Of a DNA stretch of 64,000 nucleotides, positions 30,217 to 40,500 are shown one piece after another. Within the stretch, counting starts at the first letter, position 1. Each line of letters begins with the position of its first letter. The notes under the pieces were generated by a model. It was not told the origin of the DNA and searched no databases. It saw nothing but the letters and a program-made list of their open reading frames with translations. The position numbers and the translations under genes were made by a program. The stretch spans positions 896,001-960,000 of the forward strand of contig OZ242365.1 in the NCBI GenBank assembly GCA_965208905.1, in the 5' to 3' direction. This DNA comes from Nitrosopumilaceae archaeon (lineage in GTDB: Archaea > Thermoproteota > Nitrososphaeria > Nitrososphaerales > Nitrosopumilaceae).

Positions 30217-30481
30217 TAGCGTATAGTACGGTCCACATGTTTAAAAAGATAGTTGAGGTGTGATATATGGCACCCGTCCTTGCGGGAGGAACCAGCGTTG
30301 AGGTTCCTCCCGCAAGGACGGGTGGTGGGGTAATTGTTTAGTCACTTTACGACTAGTGATTTTTGTACCAGATTGGGTCAAAATCGTCCCCGATTGCCGG
30401 CATCTTGAGAGTGGTGTTGAAAAGTTACGTAATTGGTTAAGAAATCTTCTCCTATGATCTTAAATAATATGATAAATTGGA

Positions 30482-31650
30482 GTATGTATGGGACAGAAGA
30501 ACACCCGCAAGCCCCGGAATGGCAGGGCCTCGGGGAATGGTATAACGCGCCGCGGCTTCACATATACCAGAAGGGCGACCAGATCAAGACCCTGACCGGG
30601 AATCGTTGGGGCGTGGCCTCCCAGAGTGAGAATGTGTGGTATCGTGTATAGTTTGCGGACAAGAGCCCCACATGCGAGTGCGCTTACCACACCACCGGGA
30701 ATGGGTGCCGCGACATAGCACATGGCTGCGGTCGAGCACTATCTACTCGTATAGTCCGAGACCGCCCTCGGCAAGAATATCGAAATCAACGAGCATAAAC
30801 TGATGTGTCCAAAGTGCAAGGAAACAAAGTACCCCCGCGACGGATGGTATTGCGGCAAGCACAAAAAGAGGCAGAGGTACAAGTGTACCAAATGCGGGCG
30901 GCGGTTCGCAGGACAACCTGGGCTTTGAGTACCGACAGGTGCCGCGCCTGTACATCACGCTGGCCCTGATATTGTCGGGGATAGGGATGTCGGTGACCAA
31001 CACCCAAATGGCGCTCGGCCACCTGGGTGTAAAGGTGCACGTGGACACTACACCCAGGATACTGGAGCACTATTTTGAGGTGGTGCAAAGTACCCAGAGA
31101 CCATCAAGCCTCCGTGCGTGGGGGACAAGTGGGGCTGCGAGGGGAAGCACCAGAAGGTCCGCGGCAGGGAGTTATACGTCACGGTCATTATGTGTATCTC
31201 CACCCAATTCATACTGGCATTGAACACGACGCCCACCAAAAAGGGGTACGACACCGTCCCCCTACTGCAGAAGGCCCGAAATATGGCGGGGAAGGTTCTC
31301 AGGCTGTTCATTACAGACGGTACACACCAGTACCATGTGGCCTTCAAGAAGGTATTCCTCACGCTGAAGGGCCTCAGATGTATACACATACGCGACATCC
31401 ACATCCGGAACTTCATCTGCAACACCAACAAGCAGGAGCGGCTCAACGGAGAGCTGGCAGGCCACCATACGGTACGCCCGCGGCATAAACAGAGAAGAGT
31501 CGCCGATATTCCGCATGGCGATTATACGCCACAACTACATTAAACCCCACGGCGGCATAATGTACAGGACGCCGGCAGAGGCCGCTGGCATGGACATACG
31601 CGGCTCCAACATATGGCTGACGCTCATACAGAGTGCTGTAGCCGTCTGAG
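30482..31650 (+). pseudogene. IS6-family (IS240-type DDE) transposase with SWIM-like and Zn-ribbon N-terminus, disrupted
   Basis: CECAYH (SWIM-like), CPKC..QRYKCTKCGRRF, FITDG..Y, NTNKQERLNG, HNYIKPH in shifting frames; internal stop; first catalytic motif reads WGCEG. Confidence 0.8.
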
Positions 31651-31872
31651 GAGCCCCAAACGCCCGACATCGTCGAACAGAATGGATTTTTACCCCCTCA
31701 CCCGTCCTGTTCCGGCAGGACTTTACAAAAAACCGGTCCGAAATGCATCCCGGCGGCCCCTGTATGCCCGGTTTGTACAGGATTGCGGCCCGGATCCAGA
31801 CCATTTAGAGCGACCGCCCGACTTTGCGGGAGGAACCTTAAACTCTAATGTAGCTCAACTAGAGTCTTCATA

Positions 31873-32316
31873 ATGTGGACCATGGATCAGGATGAGACAT
31901 ATTTTCGCATATTTGATTCAGAAAAACGTATCGCTGGATACTTTGATCCCCAATACGGTGAGCATGCCGATGATGATGAAATTGAATTAATGCTTAAAAA
32001 AAAGCACGCTATACCCGGAGGATTTCTTGTCGTCCCAATGATAAAATTTAATCTGTTTGATGCAGACCTAAGTATAGATGTACATACGCTGAAATCCAGA
32101 CTTGAGGAGGTCAACAGATCATTTGCGCGATGGCATAACTACATTCTATCTAAAAACCCACCATTTCATGTAATCCGAATTTCACATACTGATCAGGATA
32201 TGCTCACCATGACACTCCCCATACGATTTCGTAAACCTATACGTTTGGACAAGAAAGACTTGGCCGCTGAACTATCCTTTACGATGGATACCTTTCAGCG
32301 TCTGGGGTTTTTGTAA
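31873..32316 (+). CDS. hypothetical protein
   Basis: Clean 147-aa ORF. Confidence 0.7.
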   Translation: MWTMDQDETYFRIFDSEKRIAGYFDPQYGEHADDDEIELMLKKKHAIPGGFLVVPMIKFNLFDADLSIDVHTLKSRLEEVNRSFARWHNYILSKNPPFHVIRISHTDQDMLTMTLPIRFRKPIRLDKKDLAAELSFTMDTFQRLGFL

Positions 32317-33058
32317 TAATCGACATGGATGGATGTCTATTTAGCATAATGTATGCTATCAGTGATATCACTAGTATTAGCGATGTACTTAGGGGAAACT
32401 CGGGCACTGCTGCATATTCTTCTGACTCTGCTACTAATGTATAGTGCGCTATCTCTAATGTTTGGTCTTTCTCTGGTACTGATACTACAAAGACTCCTTG
32501 ATGTTCTGCTCGTAAATGGTCTAGTTCTGATGGTGCGCGGGCAACTGTTGCTACATTACCATCTCTGTCATATATTGTGGCAACCACGGATATCATATTT
32601 GCGGTAATATCGCCTCTATTGACTATGGTACCAGTTATGAAGAGATCTCCCTGACTACTTCTCTTTAACTCTGCTGATGTAACATCAATAACTTGACTCT
32701 TTGGAGCATGTATGGAGTACTTTGCAGATAGGGAATAATCGACCATGTCGCTCATGCCCGGCTTATACACCACAATATCAAAAGGTCCTTTCATACCTGG
32801 CATTATTGTGTTTATTAGCGACCACCCTTCAGTAGTCAATAACTCTTTACCGTCCATGTCGTATATGGTGGCTTCCACACTGACACGGCCTAGTGGGACC
32901 TCAAGATCATTAAACACCTCGCCTACTATGTGCAGAGAACCATCATGACCAACATAGGCACGATCGTTCTGTATGGTAACATCTGCCCATGCTTGGGGCA
33001 CCATTAATGTTATGGCGGCGAATACTGCAAATATTCCAAGAACGATATACACCTTCAC
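32279..33058 (-). CDS. secreted FxLYD-like domain protein with PEF-CTERM-type sorting signal
   Basis: Signal peptide, two repeats (VGEV.N / ATIYD.DG), C-terminal VPEFP plus TM helix. Confidence 0.8.
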   Translation of the reverse strand: MKVYIVLGIFAVFAAITLMVPQAWADVTIQNDRAYVGHDGSLHIVGEVFNDLEVPLGRVSVEATIYDMDGKELLTTEGWSLINTIMPGMKGPFDIVVYKPGMSDMVDYSLSAKYSIHAPKSQVIDVTSAELKRSSQGDLFITGTIVNRGDITANMISVVATIYDRDGNVATVARAPSELDHLRAEHQGVFVVSVPEKDQTLEIAHYTLVAESEEYAAVPEFPLSTSLILVISLIAYIMLNRHPSMSIITKTPDAERYPS

Positions 33059-33261
33059 ATAGTAATGATGTTCACAACCTTAAAGGATGTTGCTATATAC
33101 CTAGAGTAAACCATAAACATCTATCAATCAACAAAATTTGAACAAAAACACGCGATACTACACACAGCTAGTAATATGAATAACTCAGTTTGATAAGATG
33201 TCTTTGGTCTGTCTGTACGGTTGAGAGTAGAGAACGCCACTATGATTTGGAATGTAAATGA

Positions 33262-35046
33262 TTACGGGTAAAACCCAGCTACAAAGACGTAGCCGGAACT
33301 GGACTTGGCCCAACTGATCTTTCTTTCCGCCTCATCTGTCTCAGTAGCTGGATTGGGCCACCAGTACTCCAGCCATTGACCGTATGGTGATGGACGTTCC
33401 AATAAGAGATCTCCCATGTTAGTACCTTGTACATCAACAAGATCATAGTTACTCACACCCACCAGATCTGGTGCGACGCCATGAGCAACCATGGTTCCAT
33501 TTGTGTGAACTACAACGACATATAATTCTCCATCGTGATACAGTGGGTTTGTCGTATCTGCTATGGCCTTGCTGGCAGAAACAGGATCCTTGGAGTACGC
33601 GGCAATGGCCTTCTCTACCATGGCCTTTGCAATCCGCCGCTTCTCAGACTCATCTGTATCAATCATACACGTTCCTTCCATCTTTGGGTACGTGCCCACC
33701 GTGAAGGTATATCCACCACGATCCACAATGATGGCCGTCTTTAACTCTCCCTCGTCTGTTATAGTAGTCGGATTGGGCCACCAGTACTCCGCCCACTTGT
33801 CATACGGTGAACGGTTATCAATTAACAGATCGCCAAGATTAGTGCCACGGGTATCGATGAGCGCAAAGGAATCTGCACCCACCAAATCTGGTCTGATACC
33901 ATGCGCAACTATAACTGCGTCACTGTCCAACACAGTTACGTATAGTTCTTCATCATGATACAAGTTGTTATCAGGGTCTTGTATGGCGCTTGTGGCTGAG
34001 GTTGGATCTGCCTCAAATGCCTCGGCAGCGTTGGTAGCCATCTGCCAAGCTACCTCTTGACGCTCCTTATCTTCCATAGACAGCGCTACTCTCTGAACAA
34101 GACCAGCATCTGGATGTGTGCCCACACCAAAGATGTGGCCTGCATGGCTCTTTACCCAGGCAACCTTTCTTTCCTCCTCATCGGTCTCAGTGGCCGGATT
34201 GAGAAACCAATATTCATACCACTTTCCATATGATGATCTATTATCCAATATGAGTTCGCCAAGATTGGTACCCTGCGTATCTGTCAAGGAGTAACTATCT
34301 ACACCCACAAGTTCGGGCGTGACTCCATGCGCCACTATCTTTCCAGCATGACTATTTACAAAGACGTACAGTTCCCCATCATGATATAGCGAGTTTGTGG
34401 GATCTTGAATGGCCGCTATGGCCGAGTCCTTGTCGGCGACAAATGCATCTATGGCATTATCCACCATCTGATAGATTATCCTCTTGGTCTGTCCATCTAC
34501 ATCATCTAGTTTGACCATACTGGTAGTACCCGGATACATGCCAACCGCAAATTGATAGTTCCCATATGTCTTTGTCCATGTTATCTTTATCTCTGGATCA
34601 TTGGTCTCAGTAGCCGGATTGGGCCACCAATACTCCGCCCACTTGCCATATGGTGAACGGCTCTCATTCAAGATATCGCCAATATTGGTGCCCCGAATGT
34701 CAATGAGTGAATAGGTGCTAACCCCCACAAGATCCGGAGTGATGCCGTGCGCCACTATGGTGCCGTTTATATCCAACATAAAGACATACAATTCACCATC
34801 ATGGTATAGGGGATTTGCCGTATCCTGTATCTGTGCCATGGCAGTTGTCGGGTCGAGTGCAAACGCCTCTATGGCCCTGTCTAGCATCTGCTGTGCTAAG
34901 ATTTGGCGCGTTTGATCATAATCGCTAAGTCCAGAATCATTAGTCATAGAGTCACTCTGACATATGGGGTAGTCATCTATCTGCGCCTCTGCCAAGGTGA
35001 TGGCCAGTGTTATGGATACTGCCGCCACCAAAAATACACTCTTCAT
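33262..35046 (-). CDS. secreted protein with four tandem single-Cache (sCache_2-like) domains
   Basis: Signal peptide; four repeats of LYHD.ELYV..V.HG..P.LVG..D..GTN.G..W.EYW..NP..K..F.VG. Confidence 0.8.
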   Translation of the reverse strand: MKSVFLVAAVSITLAITLAEAQIDDYPICQSDSMTNDSGLSDYDQTRQILAQQMLDRAIEAFALDPTTAMAQIQDTANPLYHDGELYVFMLDINGTIVAHGITPDLVGVSTYSLIDIRGTNIGDILNESRSPYGKWAEYWWPNPATETNDPEIKITWTKTYGNYQFAVGMYPGTTSMVKLDDVDGQTKRIIYQMVDNAIDAFVADKDSAIAAIQDPTNSLYHDGELYVFVNSHAGKIVAHGVTPELVGVDSYSLTDTQGTNLGELILDNRSSYGKWYEYWFLNPATETDEEERKVAWVKSHAGHIFGVGTHPDAGLVQRVALSMEDKERQEVAWQMATNAAEAFEADPTSATSAIQDPDNNLYHDEELYVTVLDSDAVIVAHGIRPDLVGADSFALIDTRGTNLGDLLIDNRSPYDKWAEYWWPNPTTITDEGELKTAIIVDRGGYTFTVGTYPKMEGTCMIDTDESEKRRIAKAMVEKAIAAYSKDPVSASKAIADTTNPLYHDGELYVVVVHTNGTMVAHGVAPDLVGVSNYDLVDVQGTNMGDLLLERPSPYGQWLEYWWPNPATETDEAERKISWAKSSSGYVFVAGFYP

Positions 35047-35491
35047 AATATCTAATGAGAGTCCACTAATATATGATTTTTTAGCGGTTTTGGTGTGGGA
35101 TTGTATGCATCACGACGTGCTTACTTATCAATATAGTCTCCTATTAATTGAAGAAGAGTCCCAAAAGATACTGGCATTCTAGGCGATGTTGGCCAGACTC
35201 CAAAATGAATCTCTAGAACGATTGAGTATGTCACAGGAAGCTGGAACTATATAGATTAAATCCGTGCTGAATCGTGATATGACTCAGCTCAGAGGAAAAC
35301 TAGGAATAAAAGTCGAGTCGTACGGCATTACATGTAACAATATGCACCAAAAAAGTACCTGTCCGAATCCTTGTGTGTTGATGAATATGACTCGCTTGAG
35401 CTCCTTGCATACGTGGGAAGGTAGTGTATACAAACACATTTTTTTAAAAACTGCCAAAACATTATTTATGCCTGCAATACTAATTCTGTAA

Positions 35492-36106
35492 ATGTCAAGT
35501 GTAGATAAAGCTGCGATTGGATGGTCGATTGGAATTGCTGCAGTTGCAGTGGCAATTGCATTTGCAGGGACGTCAAACCAACTTCCATCAATTGATGCGC
35601 CTATTGCTATGCCAACCACCTCCTCAGCACCCAGCACAAGTACTGCTACCAATGATCCCTTTGCGGATGATGCAGCACAGGTAAGAGAACAGTCTGATAC
35701 CATGCCTGAAGAGGCAGCCGATGCTGCTGTACCTGAAGAGGCAGCCGATGATACCATGCCTGAAGAGATAGAATCTGAAATCATTGAAGAGGTCCCTGTA
35801 GGCCCTCTCGCATGGGATGTAATAACTCCTGAAGGAACATCTGTTCCGGGCTGCGAACTAGATGATACATGCTTTCAACCCTCATACCTTACTATTCTGG
35901 TGGGTGATACAGTAAACTGGGTGAATAATGATGTTGCTGCCCACACTGTAACTTCTGGGTCTCCTCAAGATGGGCCTAGTGGCGTCTTTGATAGTAGTCT
36001 TGTTATGGGAGGTACAGTCTTTTCACATACATTTGAAGAGCCTGGCACATATCCATACTTCTGTCTCGTACATCCTTGGATGATTGGCAGTGTAATAGTC
36101 GAGTAA
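35492..36106 (+). CDS. membrane-anchored plastocyanin/azurin-family blue copper protein
   Basis: N-terminal TM, acidic linker, HTVTSG and YFCLVHPWM type-1 Cu ligands. Confidence 0.92.
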   Translation: MSSVDKAAIGWSIGIAAVAVAIAFAGTSNQLPSIDAPIAMPTTSSAPSTSTATNDPFADDAAQVREQSDTMPEEAADAAVPEEAADDTMPEEIESEIIEEVPVGPLAWDVITPEGTSVPGCELDDTCFQPSYLTILVGDTVNWVNNDVAAHTVTSGSPQDGPSGVFDSSLVMGGTVFSHTFEEPGTYPYFCLVHPWMIGSVIVE

Positions 36107-36137
36107 AAACTCTTTTTCTTATTTTTACATGTATATT

Positions 36138-37712
36138 CTATAGTTTAGAGCGTCGTATTGCATTATTATACGCAACACCAAACCTGTGAGCCTCATCTCT
36201 GGCATATTGCAGTATGTGTAGAGAGACGCTGTTTGATGGCATAATGATGGGCTCTGATGTACCTGGTACGTATACCTCCTCATTCTCTTTGGCCAATGAT
36301 GCACAAGGCAGTCTCACTTCTGCCTTCTGTAAGGCTGCAACTGCACTACTCAGTTGACCCTTGCCACCATCTATCAGTACCAAGTCTGGCATTATGCCGC
36401 CCTCCTTCTTTAACCGTTTATACCGTCGGAGTACCACCTCATGTATCATTGAGTAGTCGTCTTGGCCCAAGACGGTCTTTATGCGAAATCGTCTATACCT
36501 GGATTTTTCAGGTTTACCGTCCACCAAACATGACATGGCGCCCACAGCAAACTCGGTACCATGATTCGATATGTCAAAACACTCTATAATATTAGGCGAA
36601 CTTGTAAGTTTGAGGGCTTGTTGCAGCTCTGCATGTAGGTTCGTAGAAAGGCCAGAATCTATATTCTTCAAGAGCAGTTTTATCATGCTGTGCCGCATGG
36701 GAGTATCCGGAGTTATAATGTCTATGGAGTGGCCTGCCTGCTGAGATAACAACTGGACTAGTACGTCACGCTCTGGAGGCATCTCACTCAATATTATAAA
36801 ATCTGGAATGGGATGAGTGCTATAATATTGAAAGATAAAGTTTCCCAGATTGTTATCTCCTATGGTCTCAAAGGTGAACTTGTCACTGTCCCTAATTACG
36901 CCCGCCACGAGTTTAAAATTCATTATTGTGGCGGTCATGTCGTGTATGCGAACTCCAAAGAACTCTTCATCGTCTTTGGATATGGTGGACATCTTTTGTT
37001 CGTACTGCAGACTCCCCAACCGCTGTAACGTGTCCCGAATCTCCCGAGCCCGCTCAAACTGCCGCATATCTGCGGCTTCTGTCATCTCGACCCGTAATTT
37101 GTCTGTAAATGCTTCAGACTGGTTCGGATGTTTTAGCACACCCTTCAAATCTTCAACATGCGTTTTGTATCTCTCTTGCGCATCAACAAACTCACAGGGC
37201 CCCTCACAATTTCCCAGATGATACTCTAGACATACCTTCTTTGGCAGCTTCTTGCAGGTGCGTATCTTGAAGGATTTTCGCAAGGTTCCTATGGTGAGCA
37301 GTTTTGAGCTTCCATATACAAATGGCCCATACACATCTCCTCTTCCTAAAAAATGACCTGTGCGACTTCGCCGCGCCACCACCAGACGTGGATACTGCTC
37401 ATCGGTCACCTTCAGATAGGTATATCTCTCCTGATCCTTCAACTCAATGTTAAATTTTGGCCGGTGTCGCTTTATCATACCTGACTCTAACAGATAAGCC
37501 TCACTCTCCGTATCTGTCAGTATGTACTCTATTGCATGTATGCTCTCCACTAGTCTGGCAGTCTTGTAGTCTTGTGTGCGATTAAAGTATGAGCGAACCC
37601 GTCGTTTTAGATCTTTTGCTTTTCCGATGTAGATTATCGTATCGTCCTCATCCTTCATTATGTATATGCCAGGATGCTGGGGTATGTTTTTAGTGTCTAT
37701 AACTTCATACAA
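36138..37712 (-). CDS. uvrC: excinuclease ABC subunit C
   Basis: GIY-YIG (PGIY..YIGKA), ECFDIS, DGGKGQ, RDEAHRF. Confidence 0.96.
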   Translation of the reverse strand: MYEVIDTKNIPQHPGIYIMKDEDDTIIYIGKAKDLKRRVRSYFNRTQDYKTARLVESIHAIEYILTDTESEAYLLESGMIKRHRPKFNIELKDQERYTYLKVTDEQYPRLVVARRSRTGHFLGRGDVYGPFVYGSSKLLTIGTLRKSFKIRTCKKLPKKVCLEYHLGNCEGPCEFVDAQERYKTHVEDLKGVLKHPNQSEAFTDKLRVEMTEAADMRQFERAREIRDTLQRLGSLQYEQKMSTISKDDEEFFGVRIHDMTATIMNFKLVAGVIRDSDKFTFETIGDNNLGNFIFQYYSTHPIPDFIILSEMPPERDVLVQLLSQQAGHSIDIITPDTPMRHSMIKLLLKNIDSGLSTNLHAELQQALKLTSSPNIIECFDISNHGTEFAVGAMSCLVDGKPEKSRYRRFRIKTVLGQDDYSMIHEVVLRRYKRLKKEGGIMPDLVLIDGGKGQLSSAVAALQKAEVRLPCASLAKENEEVYVPGTSEPIIMPSNSVSLHILQYARDEAHRFGVAYNNAIRRSKL

Positions 37713-40500
37713 CTTTTAACATCTTTTTAAGATATTTGCCTGTATGTGTGGATGTTTGGGATACGTGCTGAGGGGTGCCTTGAGCAACTATTGTGCCGCC
37801 CTCATCTCCACCCTCGGGGCCCATGTCTATGATCCAATCTGCATTTGCAATGACATCCATGTTGTGCTCTATTATGATGACACTATTTCCTCTGTTTACT
37901 AACTCGTTGAGTACATCTAATAGTTTATCGACATCTGCAAAATGTAGACCTGTTGTGGGCTCATCTAACAGGTATATTGTTTTACCCGTCTCCCTCTTGG
38001 ATAACTCACTGGCCAACTTTACGCGCTGCGCCTCACCTCCAGAGAGCGTCTTTGAGGACTGGCCCAGCTTTAGGTATCCCAAGCCTACCTGCTGCAAGGT
38101 ATGAAGCTTGGTGTACACTGCCCTATGATTCTTGAAGAAGTCTACTGCTTCATCTACAGTCATGTCCAGTATGTCGTATATGTTCTTGCCCCGGTATCGT
38201 ACTTGCAGTATCTGTGAGTCAAAGCGTTTGCCACGACACTTATCACACCTGACATATACATCTGCTAGAAACTGCATCTGTATGTGACGCAGACCACTTC
38301 CCTCACATTCGGCACATCTTCCTTTCTGTACGTTGAACGAAAAGTGTCCTGGTGTATAGCCCCGACTTCTGGCTAACTGCGTCTTTACAAATATGTCCCG
38401 AATGGGCTTGAAGGCATCTATATATGTGGCTGGGTTGGAACGTGGCGTTCTGCCTATGGGTGATTGGTCTATTGATATGACACTGTCTATGTCTTCAGTA
38501 CCCTGGATCTTGCCATGCAAGCCAGATTTATTACTCCCTCCAACCAGTTGACGCTTTAACTCATTGTATAGTATTGTATTAACCAAAGTAGATTTGCCCG
38601 AACCTGATACGCCAGTTACACACACCAACATGCCCAAGGGAAACTTGACATCTATATTCTTGAGGTTGTTCTGGCAGGCGCCCTGTACGACCAATTCGCT
38701 GTGACGTTTACGCACCTTTTTGTCTATTTTTATGCGCGTATCTCCGCGTATATATCTGCCTGTGATGGAGTTTGCATCATTTAGCATATCTTTTACGGTC
38801 CCCTCAAAGATGACCTCGCCGCCATGCACTCCTGCTTTGGGACCCAAATCTACCAACCAGTCTGAACTACGTATGACCTCCTCGTCATGCTCGACAACGA
38901 TTACTGTATTTCCCAGATCGCGTAACTTTTTGAGTGTCTCTATCAGTCTACTGTTGTCTCGTTGATGCAGTCCTATTGTGGGTTCATCTAATATGTATAG
39001 GACTCCTGTCAGTCTGGATCCTATCTGAGTTGCCAGCCGTATGCGTTGTGACTCTCCTCCAGATAATGTGGTACTGCGGCGACTCAGTGTCAGATATGAT
39101 AAACCTACAGTATCTAAAAATTCCAGCCGACTCTTTATCTCTTTTAGTATGTCTTTTGCTATGTATGCCTGAGTGGGGTTCAGTGTAATACTATCAAAGA
39201 ACCTTTGGCATTCCTGTATAGACATATCGCAGACATCAACTATATTCTTTCCAGATATGTGCACGGATAGTGGCTCTGGACGTAGTCTTGCCCCATTGCA
39301 TGCAGGACATGCCGCTTCACGAATGTAGTTGCTCTTAAAACTTGTTTTGATATGACTGTTACTGTACATTATTATGTGACGCATGATCCCGATGACCCCT
39401 TCTGTGGCATAATCTCTCCTGAATACATCAAATGTCGACCGTGTCTGATCTTTTTTACCGTATAGCAGATGCTTCAATTGAGTCTTGGTCAAGTCCTTCA
39501 GTGGCGTGTCCACATCAAGCCCATGTCTATGACACAGCAGGTTAAGCTGGTCCCATATGGGGGGAGGTGTCTCCTCAGTAAACGGATGCAGTCCGCCCTC
39601 TCGAATACTCTTTGTTTTGTCTGGGATTATCAGGTCAGGATCAAAGTCGGTTACAAGACCGGATCCGGTACAGTTGTTGCACATACCCATGGGCGAGTTG
39701 AACGAGAATACCCGCGGTTCCAGCTCACCCATGGTTATGCCACAGTATGGGCAGGAATTATGCTGTGAATATAGTCCGGTCTTCTTATCTGACTGTACCA
39801 TTATGTTGCCATCTGATGCATCCACTGTGGTCTGCACACTCTCAAACAGTCTGGAACGCTCTGCCTTTACAGCTGCAAGTCTGTCTACAACTATCTGTAT
39901 GTCATGCCACTGCTGCCGGTTTAGGGGCGGTATATCATCATCCAAATTATATATTGTACCGTCTATGCGAATTCTAGAGTATCCATCTGATATGGCACTT
40001 GCTATGATGTTGGTGTGAGTGCCTTTTTTGTGTTGTACACGGGGGGCTAAAACAAGTATGTCCGAACCTGCAAACTCCTTTAGTATGGAGTCGCAGATGG
40101 TCTCCACTGACTGACTGGATATCTCGCGTTTGCATCTGTGACATAGCGGTGTGCCTACCCTTGAGTATAGCAGTCTAAGATAGTCGTATATCTCGGTTAC
40201 GGTCCCCACAGTGGAGCGCTTGTTGCTGCTGGTCGTCTTTTGTTGTATGGCTATAGCCGGCGCCAATCCCTCCATGGTATCAACATCTGGCTTGTCCATT
40301 ATGTCTAAAAACTGTCTTGCATATGCGGTGAGCGAGTTGACGTATCGGCGTTGACCTTCGGCATATATTATATCAAAGGCTAGTGTTGACTTGCCAGAAC
40401 CTGACATACCGCTTATCACCAAAAGACGGTTCTTTGGGAGCTCGACATTTATATTTTTGAGGTTGTGATGCCTAGCGCCCCGCACTATAAGTTTAGCCAC
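37705..40500 (-). CDS. uvrA: excinuclease ABC subunit A
   Basis: Two ABC domains (GMSGSGKS, GVSGSGKS), Zn fingers, LSGGE. Confidence 0.97.
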   Translation of the reverse strand: MAKLIVRGARHHNLKNINVELPKNRLLVISGMSGSGKSTLAFDIIYAEGQRRYVNSLTAYARQFLDIMDKPDVDTMEGLAPAIAIQQKTTSSNKRSTVGTVTEIYDYLRLLYSRVGTPLCHRCKREISSQSVETICDSILKEFAGSDILVLAPRVQHKKGTHTNIIASAISDGYSRIRIDGTIYNLDDDIPPLNRQQWHDIQIVVDRLAAVKAERSRLFESVQTTVDASDGNIMVQSDKKTGLYSQHNSCPYCGITMGELEPRVFSFNSPMGMCNNCTGSGLVTDFDPDLIIPDKTKSIREGGLHPFTEETPPPIWDQLNLLCHRHGLDVDTPLKDLTKTQLKHLLYGKKDQTRSTFDVFRRDYATEGVIGIMRHIIMYSNSHIKTSFKSNYIREAACPACNGARLRPEPLSVHISGKNIVDVCDMSIQECQRFFDSITLNPTQAYIAKDILKEIKSRLEFLDTVGLSYLTLSRRSTTLSGGESQRIRLATQIGSRLTGVLYILDEPTIGLHQRDNSRLIETLKKLRDLGNTVIVVEHDEEVIRSSDWLVDLGPKAGVHGGEVIFEGTVKDMLNDANSITGRYIRGDTRIKIDKKVRKRHSELVVQGACQNNLKNIDVKFPLGMLVCVTGVSGSGKSTLVNTILYNELKRQLVGGSNKSGLHGKIQGTEDIDSVISIDQSPIGRTPRSNPATYIDAFKPIRDIFVKTQLARSRGYTPGHFSFNVQKGRCAECEGSGLRHIQMQFLADVYVRCDKCRGKRFDSQILQVRYRGKNIYDILDMTVDEAVDFFKNHRAVYTKLHTLQQVGLGYLKLGQSSKTLSGGEAQRVKLASELSKRETGKTIYLLDEPTTGLHFADVDKLLDVLNELVNRGNSVIIIEHNMDVIANADWIIDMGPEGGDEGGTIVAQGTPQHVSQTSTHTGKYLKKMLKVV

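Larger units (their letters stand above)
28780..31837. mobile_element. composite element: tnpB group C unit plus IS6-like transposase unit, 8-bp TSD TTAAACTC
   Basis: TTAAACTC at 28772-28779 and 31838-31845; TIRs at 28780 (degenerate), 30271-30293, 30302-30324 and 31815-31837. Confidence 0.9.
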
